Assembly (NCBI GenBank): GCA_016186145.1
Contig: JACPMF010000006.1
Location: 1,906-65,905, forward strand
DNA length: 64,000 nt
Direction of reading: 5' to 3'
Source: Candidatus Sungiibacteriota bacterium
GTDB lineage: Bacteria > Patescibacteriota > Minisyncoccia > Sungbacterales > SURF-37
The notes beneath the pieces were generated by a model. It ran no database searches, was not told the DNA's origin, and saw nothing but the letters and a program-made list of their open reading frames with translations. Made by a program: the position numbers and the translations under genes. This document shows, piece by piece, positions 37,795 to 47,384 of the stretch; the first letter of the stretch is position 1; every line of letters begins with the position of its first letter.

Positions 37795-38769
37795 ATGATT
37801 CCACTTCCCCATCAACCAAAAATTATCCTCGAAGAGGAGGGCAAAGGAGTATATGAAATTGAGGGGCTGTATCCCGGTTACGGCCAAACACTTGGTAATG
37901 CAATACGGAGGGTTTTATTGTCGTCCTTGGACGGATCAGCCATAACGAGCGTAAGGATTGAAGGGGTAAATCATGAATTTACGACCATCCCGAACGTATT
38001 GGAAGACGTGATTGAAGTCACATTAAATTTGAAACAAATCCATTTTCGAATGCATGATGACGGCCCGGTAACCGCAACGCTTCACGTTAAGGGCGAAAAA
38101 AAAGTTACTGCGAAAGACATTCAAACTTCATCACAGCTCGAGATGATGAACCCCGACCAGCACATAGCGACTATCACTGATAAAAAGGGAGAATTAATAA
38201 TGGAGTTTACCGTTGAAAAGGGCCTCGGATATCAATCCGTTGAAACCAGGTCTCGCGAAAAGGTTCCGGTGGGAACAATCGCGTTAGATGCGGCATTCTC
38301 CCCGGTTCGGCTTGTCCATTATGAAGTCGAAAATATGCGCGTTGGCGACCGTACCGACTACAATCGGCTTCGACTGCACATTGAAACGGATGGGTCACTC
38401 GTTCCTCGAGAGGCGTTTCGGCGGGCGGCAAAAATTTTAGCAGATCAGTTCAATGCACTATATGGAGTTTTTGCTGATCAAGAACCAGCTTCCGAAAATC
38501 GTGGGGGCGGAATGGCAGACAGCGCGGAGGAGCAGGAAGGAGAAGACAAAGAAATGTCATATGAGGAAATCGTCGCAAAGAAAAAAATTGACGAGATGGA
38601 GTTTTCCACGCGAGTCCTTAATGCGCTCAGCAATGCGGGAATAAAAACCGCCGGACAACTGGCTAAAAAGAGCGAAAAAAAACTAAAGGAAGTCGAAGGG
38701 CTCGGCGATAAGGGAATTACGGAGGTAAAGAAGGCGCTGGGAAATTTAGGACTGACGCTTAAGCAATAA
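37795..38769 (+). CDS. rpoA: RNA polymerase alpha subunit
   Basis: GYGQTLGNAIRRVLLSS, DAAFSPV, RVGDRTDY. Confidence 0.98.
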   Translation: MIPLPHQPKIILEEEGKGVYEIEGLYPGYGQTLGNAIRRVLLSSLDGSAITSVRIEGVNHEFTTIPNVLEDVIEVTLNLKQIHFRMHDDGPVTATLHVKGEKKVTAKDIQTSSQLEMMNPDQHIATITDKKGELIMEFTVEKGLGYQSVETRSREKVPVGTIALDAAFSPVRLVHYEVENMRVGDRTDYNRLRLHIETDGSLVPREAFRRAAKILADQFNALYGVFADQEPASENRGGGMADSAEEQEGEDKEMSYEEIVAKKKIDEMEFSTRVLNALSNAGIKTAGQLAKKSEKKLKEVEGLGDKGITEVKKALGNLGLTLKQ

Positions 38770-38772
38770 AGA

Positions 38773-38873
38773 ATTCATCATCGAATTACGAATCCAGTAC
38801 GAATGTACGAATTTAATTGATTATTCGTAGATTCGTAAGAGATTCGCTATTCGTTGATGGAACGGCAGCGAAT
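38773..38873 (+). repeat. CGAAT/ATTCG hairpin element, copy 3 (rpoA-rplQ)
   Basis: Ends CGGCAGCGAAT-ATG. Confidence 0.9.
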
Positions 38874-39224
38874 ATGAGACACCTCAAAAAAGGGAGAAAA
38901 TTCGGCCGTTTGGCTCGCCAGCGAAAAGCGCTGTTGCGAAATTTAGCTGCGGCATTAATCGAGAAAAGGAAGATCACTACAACAGCGGCAAAGGCAAAGG
39001 AACTTCGCCCGTTTGTGGAACAACTGATTACTTCCGGAAAAATAAAAACGGCCGCCGCAATACGGAAATTGTATGCCATACTCCCTGAGCGTTCTGCTAA
39101 AAAAATAATGGCGAGTCTGGAAAAACATACAGCCTCCCGGCAAAGCGGATATACGCGCATTATTAAACTCGGGCGGCGCAAAAGCGACGGGGCGGAAATG
39201 GCAATTATTGAATTCGTAGACTAG
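38874..39224 (+). CDS. rplQ: 50S ribosomal protein L17
   Basis: MRHLKKGRKFGR, TTAAKAKE, GYTRIIK. Confidence 0.97.
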   Translation: MRHLKKGRKFGRLARQRKALLRNLAAALIEKRKITTTAAKAKELRPFVEQLITSGKIKTAAAIRKLYAILPERSAKKIMASLEKHTASRQSGYTRIIKLGRRKSDGAEMAIIEFVD

Positions 39225-39233
39225 CAAAAAACC

Positions 39234-39578
39234 ATGGAGACTATTCAAATTGACGCCGCAAACAAAAAAGTTGGCAGGATAGCAAGTGAAATCGCGCACC
39301 GTCTTCAGGGGAAAGACAGGCCGGACTGGCGTGCTCACAAAATGCCGTCTGTCCGAATTCTTGTTACCAATACCGATAAGCTCGTTTTTACGGGAAAAAA
39401 ATTCGATCAGAAAAAGTATTATCGTCATACCGGAACAATCGGTCATTTGAAAATCATTCCGCTTTCGCGGCGTTTTGCGGCAGATTCCCGCAAAGTTCTT
39501 TATGCGGCAATAGCGCGAATGCTTCCGTATAACCGGCTTAAAAAAGAGCGCCTAAAAAATCTCGTTCTCCAGAAATAG
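39234..39578 (+). CDS. rplM: 50S ribosomal protein L13 (short form)
   Basis: IDA..GRIAS, YYRHTG, MLP. Confidence 0.93.
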   Translation: METIQIDAANKKVGRIASEIAHRLQGKDRPDWRAHKMPSVRILVTNTDKLVFTGKKFDQKKYYRHTGTIGHLKIIPLSRRFAADSRKVLYAAIARMLPYNRLKKERLKNLVLQK

Positions 39579-39609
39579 CAGAGGTTTTCTACCACACTCA
39601 AAACAAACC

Positions 39610-40191
39610 ATGCCAGTTCAAAAAACAAAAAAGGCGGCAAAGCCAAAAAAGGCGCTGAAGGAAAAAGGCGCCGAACTTGAATTGCCAAAAAAGAAAGCGG
39701 AGAAACTTGAAATCGAGGCGACTCTGATTCCGGAACCGGCAATTGATAAAGAAAAACTGGAGGAAACGGATGAAAATTCCGCCGCCTTTTTATCTCAATC
39801 TGAACGATATTGGGAAGCGGTTGGAAGAAGAAAAACCGCAGTTGCAAGAGCACGCCTTTTTACACGCGGTGAAAAAGGGGTTTGGGTCCACGAAAAGCCG
39901 GTACAAACATATTTTCAGCAAGACCGCTTGGTTTCAATTATCGAAGAGCCGTTGAAGAAAATGAAATCCACCGATCGTTTTCGCGTAACCATAAAAGTTT
40001 CCGGGGGCGGAATGAACGCGCAAGCCGAAGCGGCCCGCCACGCTATTTCCCGCGCTCTCGTAAAATTTAATCCCGACTTCCGAAAACGCTTAAAACGGGC
40101 CGGATTCTTAAAACGAGACCCGCGTATGAAGGAGCGGAAGAAGTTTGGCCTGAAAGGGGCGCGCAAGGCTCCGCAGTGGGCGAAACGATAA
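39610..40191 (+). CDS. rpsI: 30S ribosomal protein S9 with charged N-terminal extension
   Basis: GRRKTAVAR, RDPRMKERKKFGLKGARKAPQWAKR. Confidence 0.97.
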   Translation: MPVQKTKKAAKPKKALKEKGAELELPKKKAEKLEIEATLIPEPAIDKEKLEETDENSAAFLSQSERYWEAVGRRKTAVARARLFTRGEKGVWVHEKPVQTYFQQDRLVSIIEEPLKKMKSTDRFRVTIKVSGGGMNAQAEAARHAISRALVKFNPDFRKRLKRAGFLKRDPRMKERKKFGLKGARKAPQWAKR

Positions 40192-40231
40192 GCGAACCCG
40201 GCATTAAGTTTCAGAACTGGTTTTATAAAGC

Positions 40232-40275
40232 AAAATAAGAGGAGTGCGAAAAAAACGCATTCCTCTTATTTTTTT
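40232..40275. terminator. Bidirectional terminator
   Basis: AAAATAAGAGGAGTGCG ... CGCATTCCTCTTATTTT between convergent genes. Confidence 0.75.
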
Positions 40276-40291
40276 ATTCGTTTGAGACGGC

Positions 40292-41692
40292 TCAAAAACT
40301 TGAAGAGTAAAGAAAACTGCCGCTTGCGCGCAAAATCCGGTTTGCCGATGCGTCGTAATCAAATACCCCGCCGCCCTGTTCAAAAATAATCGTTGCTGCA
40401 GGACCGCCGCCTCGGTTATCGATATCCACAACGCCGATGAATTTGCCGGCGGAAAAAATGCTATGCGCTTCTTTTTCTCCAAACCATGACGCATTGGCAA
40501 GACGCTCCTCGCCGGGCGAAAGTATCCGCTCGCGCGTTCCTGCTTTTCGAAACGGCGCCTGTTTCTCATCGGCGATCCACAATACTTCAAGAGCTCTCTC
40601 CGACCAAAAAAGAAGTTTTTTCCCGTCTTCAGAAAACTCCGCCCCGATAATGTTGCCCGAAATTGGAATTACTTCCGGCTCTTTACGCCTTCGGACAAAA
40701 AAGCCGCCGGCCGAATCAATTAAAAATGCGTCGCCGTATGAATTCATTTCCATCCGGGTCGGTTCATCGCTTAAGTAAAACCCTTTCCGTCCTAAATTTT
40801 CAACCTCCTCGCCGTTGAAATTCGCTGATGACAAAAATCCTCTCTTCGTTACGAACAATATTTGTTCTCCCGATACGCGAAAAGAGTGAACATCGGAAAA
40901 AAGCGGTTCGGCCGTCCTTTTTGTCCGATTGAACCGCAAAAGGGCGCCGCGATTCGTCAAAATGAAAAACTCGTCAGCAGACCCTCCAAAATCCGCCATG
41001 GTCACCATTCCAATATCCGTTGGCGGACGCAATTGCAATTCCTGGACGCGACCGCCCGCTAAGTTGATGATCGAAAACCGCACCGGCCCCCTCCGCTTTA
41101 CCAAAAGCCGCTGATTCTCCGAATCCCATCGAAAATCTTCGATTCGTTCTACTGCGTCAAAAATTTTACTCTCAAGATTAAAAAGGTATGTGAATGCTGT
41201 TCGTTCCGGCGCATAGATGAGGATCCACGAACTTCCCGGCAAAATTTCAAATTGCTCGATAGTGAGATCTCTGCGCATGAGACTAAGAACCTCATCTTCA
41301 GTAATGGTTTCTGGAATAAGCAAAACGGAGCGAAATTCACTAATTGACTCCGGGGTAACATGAATTACCCGCTGCCAAGGGCGAAAGCCCTCCTTTTCAA
41401 CTCGTACCGAATACAAATCCGGCGTAAGGTTAGTAACCAGGGCCCCGAACGAAATGATTCCGCTGTCTTTTACGGCATTGTTGTTTATAAAAATCCTGAA
41501 GTTATTTTGATTCGCCTTTATAAAAATACCGCCGGTGCGCACCACATGCCCGGTTTTTAAATCGAAATTGTATCCCAACGAGTATAAGACAATAAGAGGC
41601 GTGAGCAACAAGAAGAGCAGCGAGCCAAGATAAAAGATCACCCGCCGTTGGGCCTTTGGAAAAGGATGAGATGGTCTAAAAAATTCCGTCAT
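40292..41692 (-). CDS. PEGA-domain / beta-propeller membrane-anchored protein
   Basis: TM, YSLGY, TGGIFI, YSVRVEKEGFRPW. Confidence 0.75.
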   Translation of the reverse strand: MTEFFRPSHPFPKAQRRVIFYLGSLLFLLLTPLIVLYSLGYNFDLKTGHVVRTGGIFIKANQNNFRIFINNNAVKDSGIISFGALVTNLTPDLYSVRVEKEGFRPWQRVIHVTPESISEFRSVLLIPETITEDEVLSLMRRDLTIEQFEILPGSSWILIYAPERTAFTYLFNLESKIFDAVERIEDFRWDSENQRLLVKRRGPVRFSIINLAGGRVQELQLRPPTDIGMVTMADFGGSADEFFILTNRGALLRFNRTKRTAEPLFSDVHSFRVSGEQILFVTKRGFLSSANFNGEEVENLGRKGFYLSDEPTRMEMNSYGDAFLIDSAGGFFVRRRKEPEVIPISGNIIGAEFSEDGKKLLFWSERALEVLWIADEKQAPFRKAGTRERILSPGEERLANASWFGEKEAHSIFSAGKFIGVVDIDNRGGGPAATIIFEQGGGVFDYDASANRILRASGSFLYSSSF

Positions 41693-41773
41693 ATTCTACT
41701 TTATACATTAAACGAGAAATAGGATGACTTGCAACACCCGGCGTTTACCAGTAATCTAAAAGTGGTTTTCCTG

Positions 41774-41880
41774 TATTCATCATCGAATTACGAATCAGCT
41801 GCGAATATACGAATTTCCACAACCTGATTATTCGTAAATTCGTAAAAGATTCGTTATTCGCCAATGAAGCGGCAGCGAAT
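41774..41880 (+). repeat. CGAAT/ATTCG hairpin element, copy 4 (before murA)
   Basis: Near identical to copy 5; ends GCGGCAGCGAAT-ATG. Confidence 0.92.
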
Positions 41881-43158
41881 ATGCAAAAATTCATTATTGA
41901 AGGCGGACACCCTTTAGAGGGCGAAGTCATTATCGGCGGATCTAAAAATGCAGCTCTTCCGCTTATTGCGGCATCTCTTTTAACCGAAGAGCCGGTTTTG
42001 CTTGAAAATATTCCCGCCATCAGCGATGTCGCTGCGATGGCAAAAATTGCCGAAGGACTCGGGGCTCACATAGAATTTAATGCGGAGAAGAGCGCTATTC
42101 GCATTACCGCCGCCGCCCTTTCCAACCCCTCTGTTGACGAGGCGTTAACGAGAAAACTTCGCGGATCAGTCCTTTTTTCCGGAGCCCTCGTCGGCAGAAT
42201 GCGAAATGCAATTTTACCATACCCTGGAGGGGATGTTATCGGAGCCCGTCCTCTTGCAACCCACCTCCATGCGCTTGAAGGCCTCGGATGCGTCATATAC
42301 GAGGACGGGAATAATCTGCGGATTGACGGCGCGTCACTTCACGGCGGCGAAATCGTTCTTGAGGAACAAAGCGTAACCGCAACAGAAAATACAATACTGG
42401 CGGCAGTGCTTGTCCCCGGCGAAACGATCATAACGCTTGCCGCGTTCGAACCGCATGTTCAGGAACTGGTTGCCTTTTTAAACAAAATGGGGGCGGATAT
42501 TCAGTGGATTGATTTTTCGCGTCTTATGATTCGCGGCGTTAAACGCCTTAACGGGATAACGCACCGGATTAATCCCGATGAAATCGAGATTTCAAGTTTC
42601 GCCGCGCTGGCCGGAGCAACTCGATCGCGAATCTTTCTTCGAAATGTAGAACCGAAGTATCTTGATGCCATTTTCCTGCAACTAAGAAAAATGGGCGTTT
42701 CTTATACCATTTCGGGTAACGGACCACTGGCAACTCTAGGAATTGAGAAGCCGCCTGCCGTTTATAAAAGCTTTCGAATCCAGTCGGGGTTTTATCCAAA
42801 ACTGGTTACCGACCATATACCGCCATTTGCGGTTCTGGCAACGCAAGCCCACGGAACTTCTCTCATTCACGACTGGATGTACGAAAATCGGCTGCGTTAT
42901 ATTCCCGAATTGCAAAAAATGGGCGCTCATTGTACTATATTAGATCCGCACCGAGCACTCATAACCGGCCCGTCCAGCCTCCGAGGAAGCGAAATTGAAA
43001 CCTACGATATTCGTTCCGGCATGACGCTTGTCATCGCGGGCCTTACCGCAGAGGGCCGTTCAACGATTTCCAATATCGAACATATCGATAGGGGATATGA
43101 AAAAATAGACCAGAGATTACGCGCTCTTGGAGCAAACATTGAAAGAATCAATGAATAA
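41881..43158 (+). CDS. murA: UDP-N-acetylglucosamine 1-carboxyvinyltransferase
   Basis: GSKNAALP, PGGDVIGARP, SVTATEN, IDRGYE. Confidence 0.96.
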   Translation: MQKFIIEGGHPLEGEVIIGGSKNAALPLIAASLLTEEPVLLENIPAISDVAAMAKIAEGLGAHIEFNAEKSAIRITAAALSNPSVDEALTRKLRGSVLFSGALVGRMRNAILPYPGGDVIGARPLATHLHALEGLGCVIYEDGNNLRIDGASLHGGEIVLEEQSVTATENTILAAVLVPGETIITLAAFEPHVQELVAFLNKMGADIQWIDFSRLMIRGVKRLNGITHRINPDEIEISSFAALAGATRSRIFLRNVEPKYLDAIFLQLRKMGVSYTISGNGPLATLGIEKPPAVYKSFRIQSGFYPKLVTDHIPPFAVLATQAHGTSLIHDWMYENRLRYIPELQKMGAHCTILDPHRALITGPSSLRGSEIETYDIRSGMTLVIAGLTAEGRSTISNIEHIDRGYEKIDQRLRALGANIERINE

Positions 43159-43180
43159 AAATTTGATATAACAAGTAACT

Positions 43181-44188
43181 ATGTTTACAAAAAAACTAGG
43201 CATTGATCTCGGCACAACCAATACTCTTGTTTTTGTCCCAAACAGAGGAGTGGTTATCAACGAACCATCCGTTGTCGCGGTCTCTGTCGATGACAATCGC
43301 GTTCTCGCGGTAGGCAATTCGGCCAAAGAAATGATCGGCCGCACTCCGGAAACCATTGTCGCGTATCGCCCCCTGAAAGACGGCGTTATCGCCGATTACC
43401 GCGTAACCGAAGCCATGCTTCGCTATTTTATCGATAAATCCCTCGGCCGTATGCGTATGTTCCAGCCGGAAGTCATGATTTCTGTTCCCGCTGGAGTTAC
43501 TTCAACCGAGCGAAGAGCCGTTGTTGAGGCCGCCACCAAAGCTGGCGCCAAAGCGGCGTATGTTGTGAAAGAACCCGTGCTTGCGGCAATCGGAGCGGGG
43601 ATTCCCATCAATGAACCGTCAGGCCACATGATTGTCGATATCGGCGGCGGCACAACCGATGTCGCAGTCATCTCTCTTGGCGGCATTGTTGCCTCAACTT
43701 CGGTAAAAGTAGCCGGGAATAAACTCGACCAGGCAATCGCCGACTATATTAAACGAAATTACAATCTTGCAATTGGAGACCGCACCGCCGAAGACATCAA
43801 AATAGCTATTGGCAGCGCCGTTCCTTTAAGCGAAGAACTTTCCATGGAAATTAAAGGGCGTGATTTGATGAGCGGTTTGCCGCGAGTTATCGAAATACGC
43901 TCCCCGGAAATAACAGAAGCGGTCTCGAATGAATTGAGCGAAATAATCCAGGCCATAAAGCAGGTTTTACATCAGACGCCGCCGGAACTTGCTGCGGATA
44001 TTATGGAGCGGGGGATTGTGATGTCGGGAGGCACATCGCTCCTTCGCGGCATTGATGAGCTTGTATTTCAAGAAACCGGCGTTATTGCGCATATCGCTCA
44101 AAATCCCCTTCTTTCGGTGGCAAACGGAACCGGCATCGCGCTTGAACACTTAGACGTATACAAAAGAAGCATTATGACAAAACGGTAG
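43181..44188 (+). CDS. mreB: Rod shape-determining protein MreB
   Basis: GIDLGTTNT, EPSVVA, DIGGGTTDVA. Confidence 0.97.
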   Translation: MFTKKLGIDLGTTNTLVFVPNRGVVINEPSVVAVSVDDNRVLAVGNSAKEMIGRTPETIVAYRPLKDGVIADYRVTEAMLRYFIDKSLGRMRMFQPEVMISVPAGVTSTERRAVVEAATKAGAKAAYVVKEPVLAAIGAGIPINEPSGHMIVDIGGGTTDVAVISLGGIVASTSVKVAGNKLDQAIADYIKRNYNLAIGDRTAEDIKIAIGSAVPLSEELSMEIKGRDLMSGLPRVIEIRSPEITEAVSNELSEIIQAIKQVLHQTPPELAADIMERGIVMSGGTSLLRGIDELVFQETGVIAHIAQNPLLSVANGTGIALEHLDVYKRSIMTKR

Positions 44189-44417
44189 CTCGGCATCACG
44201 AAATTTTTTTCAGCTCGTTTGAAACAAAATTTCCATGCACTGCACAATGAAAAATTTTTATGAAGCCTTGCTTGCCTTACAAGCCATGAAGAAAAACTTT
44301 ATGTCAAAAAATATGCGATAGCAGAAATTTTGACAATTCGGCAATAAAAGTTTCCGACATACAGCCATTTTTGAAGTAAAATAATTGGCGGACTCGAAAA
44401 TCCGCCAGAAATCGTTG

Positions 44418-44627
44418 CTATGGACTAGCAATAACGAATCTTTCCACCGAGATATCTGGATGGTATACGGCAAAAAACTCGATCGCAAGTTCCACTTCCT
44501 CATCTGTAATGTCCTCGACCCACACCGGGGTTACCCACGAACCAGGGTTAACCTTTTCTGCTCCGAACAAGTAAACCGCAACCGCTACCACGCCCATGCT
44601 ACCGGGTGTCAGTTTGATCTTTGCCAC
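44418..44627 (-). CDS. Small hypothetical protein
   Basis: AGGAGG SD before GTG; overlaps end of the CPBP gene. Confidence 0.55.
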   Translation of the reverse strand: MAKIKLTPGSMGVVAVAVYLFGAEKVNPGSWVTPVWVEDITDEEVELAIEFFAVYHPDISVERFVIASP

Positions 44628-45342
44628 GCAAGTCCTCCTTTACTTTATTTCCATGTTCGTCTAAGCGTTTTATCGCAATTATATAAAGTAGCCAATCCAT
44701 TCCCATACCAACGCTATTGATAAAGAGATGTATTATCCCGGCAAAGACAATACTTCCTGAATTGATTGAGACGATGCCCCACAGAAGAGCGTAGGTTGGC
44801 GCGAAAATAAAGTAGCGGATAAGTGAAGCTTTTTGCATACCAGAATCCAGATGATATGCGCCAAAAAGAATCGCTTGGAGAAAGAGAAAGAAGACACCGA
44901 ACGTACTTCCGAAGTCTTGCCAGACGATTATGAGTACCGCTCGATATAGAATCTCCTCCATGATAACCATGGGTATCATCAGGAAGAAATCACGTCTAAC
45001 ACTACCTTCCGCCTCCCGCAATTGTTCTAGAAACTCCTTTGATTGGTCGGCTGGCAATGCCCAGTAGAAAACCACTTTTCCATGCCCTCGTATGAGATTG
45101 AACACCGAACGACATCCTCCGAAGAAGTGAATAAGATGCAGATCGGTAACTACAACAAGCAGGTTTACTACAAGAACCGTGATAATGCTTGGATTAAGAG
45201 GGGGTAGTTTGAAAAGACCAAGAATGTTGTCCCTGTTTGCGAAACCTTCTAGGAAATGGTTTGCAAGTACAGCCCCGGCTAAGCCAAAGCTTATTCCTTG
45301 TCCAATAGCACCGGCTTTGCGTAGGACTTCATCCTTTTTCAA
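44599..45342 (-). CDS. CPBP (CAAX/Abi) family intramembrane metalloprotease
   Basis: EEILYR, FGAYH, HLFIN motifs; multiple TMs. Confidence 0.85.
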   Translation of the reverse strand: MKKDEVLRKAGAIGQGISFGLAGAVLANHFLEGFANRDNILGLFKLPPLNPSIITVLVVNLLVVVTDLHLIHFFGGCRSVFNLIRGHGKVVFYWALPADQSKEFLEQLREAEGSVRRDFFLMIPMVIMEEILYRAVLIIVWQDFGSTFGVFFLFLQAILFGAYHLDSGMQKASLIRYFIFAPTYALLWGIVSINSGSIVFAGIIHLFINSVGMGMDWLLYIIAIKRLDEHGNKVKEDLRGKDQTDTR

Positions 45343-45567
45343 AGATCCCTCCCCTTAGAAGAAGAAATCGCCAACTTTTCAGGAACTTCCAACATCTTGC
45401 CGGCCATTTCCGCCCCTCCCTACAATCGTTTTGGTTTGACCAAAAATACCATAATAAAAGCTATTTGTCAATGATTGTGGTTTTTCCAGTTTTTGCTATA
45501 GTTTTAACATTGTCATTAAATATTTGTATTTAGAGTTTAGAATTTAGGGTTTAGGATTTTCAAAAAT

Positions 45568-45852
45568 ATGGTAGTCCGAATGCGGCATACAAAATCGAAA
45601 CGGAATCGGGTACGCTCACACCATGCGCTCGCCCCGGTAAAATTTGGCGCATGCAGCCACTGCAAAGCGCCGATTTTGGGGCACACTGTTTGTAAAAATT
45701 GCGGCTATTACAAAAACCGGCAAGTGGTTGACGTTCTTGCCCGTCTTGATAAGAAAGAACGAAAAAAGAAAGAAAAAGAATTGCACGAACACGAAGAAGA
45801 AGCTGCCAAAAAAGGAGAAACATTGAACGCAGAAGAGTTATCGCACAAATGA
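45568..45852 (+). CDS. rpmF: 50S ribosomal protein L32 with charged C-terminal extension
   Basis: RSHHAL, CSHC..HTVCKNCGYY. Confidence 0.95.
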   Translation: MVVRMRHTKSKRNRVRSHHALAPVKFGACSHCKAPILGHTVCKNCGYYKNRQVVDVLARLDKKERKKKEKELHEHEEEAAKKGETLNAEELSHK

Positions 45853-45922
45853 ATCAGGAATTATGAATTAGGAATTACGGCACACTATAAACCCATAATT
45901 CATAATTCATAATTCATAATTC
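45851..45922. repeat. Heptamer-repeat palindrome (GAATTAx / xTAATTC)
   Basis: Fills the rpmF-nusB gap; related copy at 56418-56498. Confidence 0.85.
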
Positions 45923-45925
45923 CAG

Positions 45926-46432
45926 ATGGCTTCACGTCACTTAGCTCGCTCCATCGCAATGCAAACACTCTATGAGTGGGATTTTAACAACCAGGACGAA
46001 TCGCGCCTCGAAAGCATCATGAACAAGAATATTGCAGAATTCGGCCCCGGGCTCGAAGATGCGGAATTTATTCAAAAACTTGTCCGAGGCACTATCGATC
46101 ATCTTAAGGAAATTAATGCGATTATCGAGAAGGCGGCGCCGGAGTGGCCGATTACTCAAATTGCAACAGTCGATCGGAGCGTTCTTCGCCTCGGGCTCTA
46201 TGAACTGCTCTTCGGAAACCGTGAAGAGGTTCCGCCAAAAGTGGCAATCAATGAAGCAATTGAGCTCGCAAAATCATTTGGCGGCGAGGCATCCGGGCGA
46301 TTTGTTAATGGCGTACTTGGAACTGTGTACCGCGAAATCGGGGAGCCCGGTAAGGAGCATCCGACTAGACACGAAAAGACGGAAAATGATGGCGAGGTTC
46401 AGGCGGAGGATAAAAAATTAAGTGGCAGTTAA
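45926..46432 (+). CDS. nusB: Transcription antitermination factor NusB
   Basis: VDRSVLRLG, VAINEAIELAK, FVNGVL. Confidence 0.97.
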   Translation: MASRHLARSIAMQTLYEWDFNNQDESRLESIMNKNIAEFGPGLEDAEFIQKLVRGTIDHLKEINAIIEKAAPEWPITQIATVDRSVLRLGLYELLFGNREEVPPKVAINEAIELAKSFGGEASGRFVNGVLGTVYREIGEPGKEHPTRHEKTENDGEVQAEDKKLSGS

Positions 46433-46450
46433 TTAATAATCTAATTCTTA

Positions 46451-46574
46451 AATTCGAATATCGAAATTCGAAACAAATTCTAAATCCCAATTATCCAAAC
46501 TCAAAAGTATTTGATATTTCGGGATTCGAGCGTTGGAATTTGTTTAGAATTTCGGATTTCGTGCTTCGACATTT
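46451..46574. repeat. Imperfect palindrome between nusB and rnc
   Basis: CGAAATTCGAAACAAATTC ... GAATTTGTTTAGAATTTCG. Confidence 0.8.
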
Positions 46575-46585
46575 ATGTTTTAACA

Positions 46586-47275
46586 ATGGATATCTCTCAA
46601 CTGGAAGCGCGGCTCGGCGCCCCGTTCCAAAATAAGGACCTCCTCCAACAAGCATTCGTACATCGTTCCTACCTCAACGAAAATCCAAATTTTCGGCTTT
46701 CGCACAATGAACGCTTAGAATACCTGGGCGATGCCGTACTCGAGCTCATAATCTCTGAAGAGCTTTATAAGCGTTTCCCCGATAAGCCGGAGGGGGATCT
46801 TACCAGTTTCCGCGCGGCATTGGTAAATTCCAAAATGCTTGCAGAAGTTGCGGCAGAATTTGATTTTAACGACTTTTTGATGCTTTCCCGCGGTGAAGCG
46901 AAGGACGTCGGACGGGCGCGCCAGTTCATTCTTGCAAACACTCTTGAAGCGGTTATTGGCGCCATCTATCTTGATCGGGGCTATGAGGCGGCGGCTCAAT
47001 TTATTCAGAAAGGCCTTTTTTCCAGGATTGACGAGGTGGTGACAAAAAAGCTCTACCGCGATCCAAAAAGCTTGTTTCAAGAAATTGCCCAAGAACATCA
47101 TGGCGTCACTCCCACTTACGAGGTTCTCAAGGAATGGGGGCCTGATCACAATAAACATTTTATTGTAGGCATATATATTGATAAGGAGCTGGTTGCCGAA
47201 GGCGAAGGCCCCTCAAAACAAGCCGCACAAGAAGAAGCCGCCCGAATGGCGTTAAAGGCACGGGGGTGGCTGTAA
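46586..47275 (+). CDS. rnc: Ribonuclease III
   Basis: NERLEYLGDAVL, EAVIGAIYLD, dsRBD. Confidence 0.98.
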   Translation: MDISQLEARLGAPFQNKDLLQQAFVHRSYLNENPNFRLSHNERLEYLGDAVLELIISEELYKRFPDKPEGDLTSFRAALVNSKMLAEVAAEFDFNDFLMLSRGEAKDVGRARQFILANTLEAVIGAIYLDRGYEAAAQFIQKGLFSRIDEVVTKKLYRDPKSLFQEIAQEHHGVTPTYEVLKEWGPDHNKHFIVGIYIDKELVAEGEGPSKQAAQEEAARMALKARGWL

Positions 47276-47277
47276 TA

Positions 47278-47384
47278 TATTCATCATCGAATTACGAATC
47301 AGCTGCGAATATACGAATTTCCACAACCTGATTATTCGTAAATTCGTAAAAGATTCGCTATTCGTTGATGAAGCGATAGCGCAC
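47278..47384 (+). repeat. CGAAT/ATTCG hairpin element, copy 5 (rnc-smc)
   Basis: Ends GCGATAGCGCAC-GTG. Confidence 0.92.

Noticed and set aside
36368-46586. Long N-termini given by the ORF track for rpsK, rpsD, rplQ and rnc
   Set aside because: The extensions are translations of intergenic palindromes; conserved starts lie downstream.
30346-47384. CRISPR array from the CGAAT repeats
   Set aside because: Units are 5-9 nt, inverted and dispersed, with no repeat-spacer periodicity and no cas operon.
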